Source of the DNA: Selaginella moellendorffii | Lineage: Eukaryota; Plantae; Lycopodiophyta | DNA: 64,000 nucleotides | Direction of reading: 5' to 3' | NCBI RefSeq assembly: GCF_000143415.4 | Contig: NW_003314296.1 | Span: 1,706,966-1,770,965 of the forward strand | Shown: piece by piece, positions 56,642 to 64,000 of the stretch | Numbering within the stretch: position 1 is the first letter of the stretch | Layout: each line of letters opens with the position of its first letter | The notes under the pieces: model-generated | Database searches by the model: none | Told to the model about the DNA's origin: nothing | What the model saw: the letters and a program-made list of their open reading frames with translations, nothing else | Position numbers and translations under genes: made by a program

Positions 56642-59089
56642 ATGGCTACCAAAGCGGTGTTAACATTTGGAAGATACAAAGGCCAGCCTCTCGGTTCTCT
56701 TCCAGCGAACTATCTGCAATGGATGACACAGGAGCTAGACAACCACTGGAATGGCTTGGCAAGGCAAGTTCTATCAGAAAGAAAAGAAGGAGAAAGCTCG
56801 AGCACTCAAGAAGGTGGCAGCAACGTTTCTCCTCCGCAGAGCTCTCGCAAAGTCGGATCCATGGTTCTCACTTTCGGGAAGTACAAAGGCCAAGCGCTGG
56901 GCTCTCTCCCGGACGTGTACCTGGAATGGATGGCGAACAACATGCACACACACTGGGGGAGACACGCGAGAGAGTTTCTGGATAGCAAGCACGGTGGTGC
57001 TCGAGAAGTTCTCATCGCCCAAGAACAGGATGGATCGATCGCGCTGAAGAAGCAGATCCTGGCTTGTCAAGAGAGGAGAGACCTCGAGGAAGCCAAGCGG
57101 ATCCACGCGCGGGTGAAAGCCAGCGCCTATCGCAACGACCGATACATCGCCAATCTTCTCATGGACATGTTTGGAGCTTGCGGGAGCGCGGAGACGGCGC
57201 TGGAGATCTTTGACAAGATCCAGGCGCCCAACATCTTCTCCTGGAACATCATCCTCAAGGTTGTCACGCAGAAGAATGCATGCGATCCAGAGGCGTGGAA
57301 GATTTTCGAGAAGATCCCGGAGAAGGAGAAGAATGCCGTGTCGTGGAACATCATGCTCGCCGCGCTCGCGGCCGAGAAGGGGAATTTGCGCAAAGTGGAG
57401 GAGTTTTTCTACGAGAGGATGCCCGTCAAGGATGTGTTCTCCTGGACTACGCTGCTCAATGCCTACATAACAAATGGGCGGTTTGACAAGGCCAGGGAGA
57501 TCTTTGCGAGCCTTGATGACGAGAATGTAAACGCCGCTACGTGGAACACGATGATAGAAGGATATGCCCAGGCAGGGGATATGCTGCAAGCCAGAAAAAT
57601 GTTCGATAGCATGCCCGAAAAGAGCGTTGTGTCGTGGAATTTGATGATAGCAGCCTATGGAAAGATACATAATGTGGGAGAAGCAAGAAACCTGTTTGAA
57701 AAAGTGAAGGAGAAAAACCAGGTGACTTGGAATGCGATGCTTGCTGTATATGCCCAGAACGGGCATCTGGAGGAAGCAAAAACCTTGTTTGCTGAGATCC
57801 CAAAGAAAGATGGCGCTTCGTGGACGTGTTTGCTGCAAGCACACTGCCATGCAGGGACAACCCATGATTCGGAGGAGATCCTGCAGAAGATGCCGTTTGC
57901 AAAGACTATTGTGCACTGGACGATGCTGCTGGATGCCCATGCAAAGGCCGGGAATCTCGATCGAGCGAGGGAAGTTTACGACCAAATGCCGGATCCGGAT
58001 GCGATCGCGGCGAACGCCATGCTCGCCGCGTATGCACACAGAGGATACATGCACGAGGCAAATGCGCTGTTCGAGCAAGTTGGAGACAAAGTTGACGCCG
58101 CGACGAAGAACATCATGATCCTGGCGCATGGATCGTCCGGGAACTTGGAGGCATCCAAGCGACTATTCGACGAGATTATCGAGAGAGATCTCTACTCGTG
58201 GTCGTCGCTCATGCGGGCGTTCTCCTTGAGCAGCATGAACGAGGACGCGATTCATCTCTTTCGTTGCATGCTCGTCGAGGGCTTTGCTCCAAACGAAGTG
58301 ATTCTCCTCGTCTACGCGACCGCTGCGTGTGGGCGTGCGAGCTCGCTGGACGATTCCCGGAGCTTCTTTGCAAACATGCTTCCGGACTATGGAGTCTCTC
58401 CCGGCCTAGATCACTACGACTGCATGGTTGGAGCTTTCGGAGCCGCGAAGAAGATGGAAGAAGCAAGAGAGCTCATTGATAGCATGCCTTTCGAAGCTGA
58501 TGCTCAAGTGTGGATGACTCTACTCGCTTGCTGCCGGAGGCACTTGGACGCGGAGAATGGCAAGCTTTGCGCGGACAGATTGTTTGTCTTGGATCCAGAG
58601 AACGTTTCACCGTACAAGATCCTCGCGGAGATCTACAGCCAAACCGGGAGAGAGAAAGACATTGCTGGATTGAAGAAGATGGTGAGAGACAAAGGTCTCC
58701 ACAAGCTCGAGGCCGAGAGCCTGATCCAGATCGATGGCATCACGCACAAGTTTCGAGTGGGAGACACCGCGCATCCGAGCATCAAGAAAGTTCGCAAGGA
58801 AGTCGCGAGGTTGACGAAGCTGATGGAGAGAGATCATGGGTATAAACACGAGAACTTGGGATGGAGCGAGTGTGGCGGCGGTGTTCACAGCGAGAAGCTT
58901 GCGATCGCGTACGCGCTGTGCGAGAAGAGCCGCGAGATCTCGCTCGTGAATAACTTGAGGATGTGCGGTGATTGCCATACTTCTGCGAAGATGATCTCCA
59001 GCGTGGTGAAAAGGAAGATCACGGTACGTGACACGCAGAGGCTGCATGGTTTTGAGAATGGTGTTTGCTCTTGCGCGGATACCTGGTAA
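56642..59089 (+). CDS. PLS-class PPR protein with E and DYW-type deaminase domains (ends DTW) and two N-terminal DUF3820/ExoX-C-like repeats
   Basis: Intronless 815-aa ORF. Repeats LTFGRYKGQPLGSLPANYLQWM and LTFGKYKGQALGSLPDVYLEWM; tandem PPR motifs (VSWN.M..AY.); E domain HYDCMVGAFG..MPFEADAQVWMTLL; HSEKLA..NLRMCGDCH..CSCADTW. Confidence 0.93.
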   Translation: MATKAVLTFGRYKGQPLGSLPANYLQWMTQELDNHWNGLARQVLSERKEGESSSTQEGGSNVSPPQSSRKVGSMVLTFGKYKGQALGSLPDVYLEWMANNMHTHWGRHAREFLDSKHGGAREVLIAQEQDGSIALKKQILACQERRDLEEAKRIHARVKASAYRNDRYIANLLMDMFGACGSAETALEIFDKIQAPNIFSWNIILKVVTQKNACDPEAWKIFEKIPEKEKNAVSWNIMLAALAAEKGNLRKVEEFFYERMPVKDVFSWTTLLNAYITNGRFDKAREIFASLDDENVNAATWNTMIEGYAQAGDMLQARKMFDSMPEKSVVSWNLMIAAYGKIHNVGEARNLFEKVKEKNQVTWNAMLAVYAQNGHLEEAKTLFAEIPKKDGASWTCLLQAHCHAGTTHDSEEILQKMPFAKTIVHWTMLLDAHAKAGNLDRAREVYDQMPDPDAIAANAMLAAYAHRGYMHEANALFEQVGDKVDAATKNIMILAHGSSGNLEASKRLFDEIIERDLYSWSSLMRAFSLSSMNEDAIHLFRCMLVEGFAPNEVILLVYATAACGRASSLDDSRSFFANMLPDYGVSPGLDHYDCMVGAFGAAKKMEEARELIDSMPFEADAQVWMTLLACCRRHLDAENGKLCADRLFVLDPENVSPYKILAEIYSQTGREKDIAGLKKMVRDKGLHKLEAESLIQIDGITHKFRVGDTAHPSIKKVRKEVARLTKLMERDHGYKHENLGWSECGGGVHSEKLAIAYALCEKSREISLVNNLRMCGDCHTSAKMISSVVKRKITVRDTQRLHGFENGVCSCADTW

Positions 59090-59092
59090 GTT

Positions 59093-60163
59093 TTAGTCTA
59101 TTGCGGTTCCAGAGGTGGGAAGATCGCGATGGATCCATTCGTTAAATCCACCCTGGAGGTGGAAAACGTTTGTGAATCCTGCTTCCTGGAGTTCATATGC
59201 CGCTTTCAATGATCTGTAGGGAGAGTTTCTTTGTGAGAGTTTTTGACGCGAGATCGATGAGAGTACCTCGACTGACGTCCAAAGAAGCGCTCGGGATCCT
59301 TGAACTTCTTTGCTTTAGGCCCCGTTCTCTCGACGTACGTGAGGAGAGTTCCTCCAATGCTGCACAGAACGATTACTTTCTTGTTCTTGTCGCCGTTAAC
59401 AGCGTCGAGAGCTTTCTCCACGAATTCTGGGTTGCGCTCTGCCATGCAAGCTCTTTCAGTATTCTCTAGTTAGAAGCGAGGGGGAAATTTAACCTGTGCC
59501 AGAGAAGTTCGTAAGCAAGGCAAATCCCAGTCTCCTGCTCAACCAGACCAAAGCATAAGCAAAAACTCTTTGAGAAAAAAAAGAGAGTAGGAAACCTGGC
59601 ATTTGCTTTGAGATCGTTTCCTTGAATTTGTCGGAACAAGGGAGCGGACTTTGTTCCCTCACCATGCACCTGACAAAGAAGAAAAAATCGATCTCGTGCC
59701 GAGGAATGATCCAAAAAGAACCTTTTCGAAGGGTTGACACTCACGAACGTCAATAAGAACAGCGTCACCGCTCTTCATCATCTTGTATGCTTCATCGCAA
59801 TCGAGGCTCACCAGATTTCTCTCTGTTAGCTTTCGATGAATTTCTACAAAAGAAAGACATAGAACAAGAGAATCAATCGCTCGAAATTTCATAGCACTCA
59901 CCAATCCAAGCAGTGTACTTGAATGCGTCGTCAAACAGGGATCCAACGTAGCCATTCCGGGCGGCGACATCGGCCTTGAGCTTGTTGAGCTTGGCCTCCA
60001 TCGTGTTTTGCGACACGAATTTGTCGTAGAACCATCCCCGGCTGCTACTGACCTTGTTCGCCACGGGATCGCCATCGCGATCGCTTGCCCTAGCGCGTGT
60101 CCCCAAAACCTGATTTCGAGAAGGAAGAACTAGCGCTCGACTAGAAGAAAGCAATGGAGCCAT
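59093..60163 (-). CDS. Rhodanese-like domain protein, probably plastid-targeted (STR14-like)
   Basis: Multi-exon. Ser/Arg-rich N-terminus; AVLIDVRE, APLFRQIQG, FSGTERNPEF, VIVLCSIGGTL, GRQSRSLKAAYEL, GFTNVFHLQGGFNEW; TAA at 59095-59093. Confidence 0.88.
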
Positions 60164-60381
60164 TCATTTCACTCACTGGCGGAATATGCTAATTTTGAAA
60201 AATCTTCCAACAGAATATACTATTGTGGCGTGCTGGCAGAATATGCTGCAGACTTGACGGAATGTGTGTTAAGCTTATGGGGTAGAACCCTAAACATTCT
60301 CTTCGGGAAAAATGGCGGGATAGAGGAGCTGCGCAGCGACGCGCCTTGGATCGGCTGAAATATCCAAGATCATCCGCGGCG

Positions 60382-61793
60382 ATGAGGTTTCCATCGCTTG
60401 TCTTGCTCGTGTTGTGCGGCATTTTGGCGCAGGGGCAACGCGACGACAACGGCGGCCACAGGTGCTTCCCAGCGATCTTCGGCTTTGGCGACGATTGGGG
60501 CGATGTCGGGAACCTCCAGGCGCTGTATCCGGCGGATCTTGAGAAGCTGGAGGACGAGGCGCCCTACGGGATGTCCTACTTCAAGAAGCCCGCGCGGCGG
60601 CTCTCGGATGGGCGCTTGATGCTGGATTTCGTCGGTAATATCGCTCTCCTTGCCCATTCTTGCTCGAATCTCATCTTCTTTTGGGCGATCCGCAGCTCAG
60701 GCGCTGGGAATGCCCCTTCTTTCGTCCTACGCTGTGGGGGTTGTTTCGAATTTGCAGCACGGCATCAGCTTTGCCGTTGCCGGGAGCACTGCGAGCTCGA
60801 TTGGTTTGCAGCAGAACCCGTATCATCTCATGATTCAGATCCAGTGGCTCCAGAAGCTCGAGTCGGACGTGAGAGATGCTCTTGGGAATCAATCTCTTGG
60901 TAACTTGGCTCTTCCTTTTTGTTTCTACTTGCTTTTTCACTCCCGATTTTTTCCAGCTAAGACCACCGAGACTTTGCCTAACGAGCAGTCGTTCCAGGAG
61001 GGTCTCTACATGATTTCTACCGGGCAGAACGACTACAGATACGCATTCTTCCGCGATAACAGAACGGTTCGTGAAGTGGAGCGCACTGTAATCCCCTACG
61101 TCGTGGAGAACATCACAGCCACTGTTTTGGTAAGTTTTCCTCTAGACTGGCGTGTTTAACTTCACCAATTTTCCTCGTATAGTTCCTCTCGACGACTTTC
61201 AGAGCGGCCAACTTCATGGTCTTCAATCTTCCACCTCTGGGATGCTCGCCCGAGTTCCTGACCAGCTTTGCCAGCACGGATCCCAATGACTACGACACCA
61301 TGGGCTGCCTCATCGACTACAACCGGATCACAGTTCTTCACAACGAGCGTCTCAGGGTCACCTTAGACGTGCTGCGAGCCAGCTTTCGGGACTCCGTCCG
61401 GAGGCTCATCTACGTCGACATGGCCGCCATGGTGACTGGCGTCGTATACGATCCTGAATCCAGAGGTATGTCCTTCCAGTCTTGCTTATTTCTCTTCTCT
61501 AGTTACGAAGCGTTCCTGCTTTGCTTCCAGGCTTTCAGAACGGACTAGAAGCTTGTTGTGGGACTGGAAAGCCATACAACTACGATCCGCGAGTTCCCTG
61601 TGGAACGCAGCGAGTGATCCGCGGCAGGAACTTGACCGCTCGTGCCTGTTCTAATCCGAAGCACTACGTGAGCTGGGACGGCATCCATACCACCGAGGCG
61701 TTCAACAAGGCCGCAATCCACTCGGTTCTTTCCGGACACTACATCGAGCCTCAAACGCAGCTTGGGTGCCGCTTCAACTTTAGCGAGTTTTGA
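60382..61793 (+). CDS. GDSL/SGNH esterase-lipase family protein, secreted, block I Ser replaced by Asp
   Basis: Five exons. Signal peptide MRFPSLVLLVLCGILAQG; PAIFGFGDDWGDVGN, RLSDGRLMLDFVA, GISFAVAGS, STGQNDY, NLPPLGC, ACCG, YVSWDGIHTTEAFN. Confidence 0.93.
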
Positions 61794-61974
61794 AGCGTTA
61801 CGTGATTACCTTTTTCTAGAGTTTGCGCTGTTCGTGAATAAGGAAGGATAATTTTCATGACAAAATAATTGTAACAATGAGCTTTTACAAACAAATCCAC
61901 ACTGCACACTCTAATTCACACACTAATCTAAACTTGCACAATGTTTCTTCTTCGCCATCTTTCGACAAAGATAT

Positions 61975-62185
61975 GTTGCGGCCTTGCTTCTCTCGACTCT
62001 GTGCAGTCCTTTCTGTTGAGATATATGTTGCGGCTTTGCTTCTCTCTTCTCTGTGTAGTAGTCCCTTTGGGAGACATATAGAGGCCTTGCTTCTCGCTTT
62101 TCTGTGTAGTCCTTTCTCATTAATCCATTGCAAATTCCTTGCTTCTCGCTTTTGTGTGTAGTCCTTTCCTTGGAGACCTCTCTCT
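61975..62185. repeat. Degenerate tandem repeat, unit ~45-55 bp
   Basis: About four recurrences of (gcggc)cttgcttctc..ctgtgtagtcctttc. Confidence 0.7.
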
Positions 62186-63699
62186 TAGAGGTGTAGTTCA
62201 TAACCTTGTTGCACTCTCAATAATGATCAGAAGTTGCAGTGGCATTGTAGATGAATACTTCGTCCCTGTTCCTCTCCCAGTGGCAGTGGCAGCAGCAGAG
62301 GCAAGACCGAACAACCAGGACAAGATTAACCAACACAAAAGGAATCCACCTGACTGCTGCCAGGGGTATCAAAAAATGGTAGCTTTTCTTATAATTATTT
62401 TCAGCTGTGCATCATTTACAAAACTTACACTCTACAAATCTCACTCGCAAGAGGTTATTTACCATAGTAGTTACATAGTTGGTTTGTCTCAACTCCTGCA
62501 AAATTGGAAGAAAGAAAAAAAGTTCCTATCACCTTATTTGGGAAAACTTCTCTCACCACTCATATGAGGCATGAGACTGTCAGTGATGGAAGTAGCTAGA
62601 GAGAATCCAGCTTCCAGCTGGTGAGATGCAAACTTGGCAACATGCTGAAGGGGAGGAAGAGAAAGGCTAGAAGTAGTGAGGAGGAGAAGGAAGAGGTTTG
62701 TTGAAAGCTCTGTGTGGATGAGAGCTGTTGCATTATAAGCTAGATCCAACTGAGTCCTTGGGGGGTTGATGATGTCATTCTCCTAGCGATTGACTAGCAT
62801 GAATGCTCACATGCCTGTGAATATTGTTTTCTATATGGTTTTTCTTGTAACTGGTTCGAATAAATGAAACTAGGTGAAAATGGTTTTTCAACAATGGTTA
62901 TATGTATAGTTTGCACGTACATGTTCCAACATGATTCTTTTAAAGCATAGTAGGAACTGAAGATAGCTATCAATATATGTAACATATGAAGCTTATTATG
63001 CAATTATCAATCAATTTAATTTTTACTGTAGCTAGCATATGATTTGATCTCTAGAATGTTTATAAAAGACTTTTTTAATAGGCCAATTTTTATAGCAACT
63101 CAAATATGCTTAAAAATTATGGGATACTTTACCATTGCATTTATAATTTATAAACTTTGTTATAAATTATAACAAGTTTGCTTAGGAGAGACTCATGTTT
63201 TTGGGCAATGTGTGATGTGAGTACTAAAGTGAGAACGAAGGGATGAGAACTCAACACCCGAATAAGTAATAGACTGGGATGAAATAGAAGCATTCAAAAA
63301 CTACCACTACATCTCTGCATTGGTATGACTTAACATGGGAGATCACATTACTATTCTCTTTCTATTTTTTTTAAAGCTTATGATTACTGTTTTCCATTCT
63401 TTGTCACGATACAAACTTTTGTTTGTAGGTTGCAGAACAAAGTTATGAAAAAAGAGAAGCTGAAGGAACAAATTGCCAACTTGCAGTGGCACTACTTTTT
63501 TCCAATCGTTCGAAAAAAATTTGGAGAGTGCCAGTCAATGAGCACCTTAAAATTATCGCAAATGCTACTAAAAAAAATAGTAATGCAAGGAGAAAATATG
63601 TTTAAAACCACCCTTGATGTTCTTTAATACAAGACGAAGGCATGGCCCGCCTTTAAACAATACAAAGTAAACACATTTAGCAATTGTACAGCTGATTAC

Positions 63700-64000
63700 C
63701 ATCTCTAAAATACAATTGCTGCATTCCTCTTTCTTGCACTCCCTCCAGGTATGCTGCAAGGCAGAGAGAATGCGAGCCAGAAAGACTGGCCGCGCATCAC
63801 CTAGCACCATTGTTTTTGCATCCAAAGAATGTGGAGGACGATGTTGCTGCGTATAGAGGAGTATAGAGAATCCGCGTGGAAATTCTGTTTTTAAGTCTGC
63901 GAGGAGCAAGACTCCTCTGAAGCTTGATGATTTGTTCTCTGCTATTTTTGTTCTTCCTGTCTTGATCATACACGTTTCCTTCTTTCCAGTCGATGTGGAG
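63700..64000 (+). pseudogene. Collapsed duplicate of the Obg gene 5' part
   Basis: Collinear matches to 54154-54325 (ccctccaggtatgctgc..gaatgtggaggacgatgt), 55173-55222 (cgtggaaat..caagactcctc), intron 1 (ttcttcctgtcttgat) and the exon 2 start, separated by large deletions. Confidence 0.82.

Noticed and set aside
56774-58129. 451-aa antisense ORF opposite the PPR gene
   Set aside because: No recognisable motifs; explained as a shadow of the codon bias of the real PPR ORF.
61975-62185. CRISPR-like repeat array
   Set aside because: Units are degenerate with no unique spacers, there are no cas genes, and the context is eukaryotic.
62240-62760. Gene on the minus strand downstream of the GDSL gene
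   Set aside because: Only short ORFs with no recognisable motif or consistent exon chain; cannot be supported by eye.

Overview
Eukaryotic plant nuclear DNA with very short (~50-130 bp) GT-AG introns and tightly packed genes; the style suggests a lycophyte such as Selaginella (inference, not verified). Bases 1-53,500 are a heavily rearranged array of segmental duplications. It holds eight copies of a subtilisin-like S8 protease: one fully intact at 4822-7674, one with an intact 3' part at the window start, and six pseudogenes. It also holds one intact ALDH2-family gene (44702-46693, minus) with a pseudogene copy and a fragment, four remnants of a microbial-looking 2OG-Fe(II) oxygenase gene, Lhcb and proline-rich fragments, and decayed copia/gypsy sequence with short LTRs. 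These are arranged as nested direct and inverted repeats carrying at least six clean internal inversions and two foreign filler insertions. An N gap lies at 50456-51276. After it is a compact single-copy block: chloroplast-type Obg GTPase, an intronless PLS-PPR-DYW gene with two N-terminal DUF3820/ExoX-C-like 'FGKYKG' repeats (the most unusual gene here), a convergent rhodanese gene whose stop codon is 3 bp away, a GDSL lipase lacking its catalytic Ser, and a collapsed Obg pseudogene. No rRNA, tRNA or CRISPR was seen. All comparisons were made by eye, so breakpoints are approximate.
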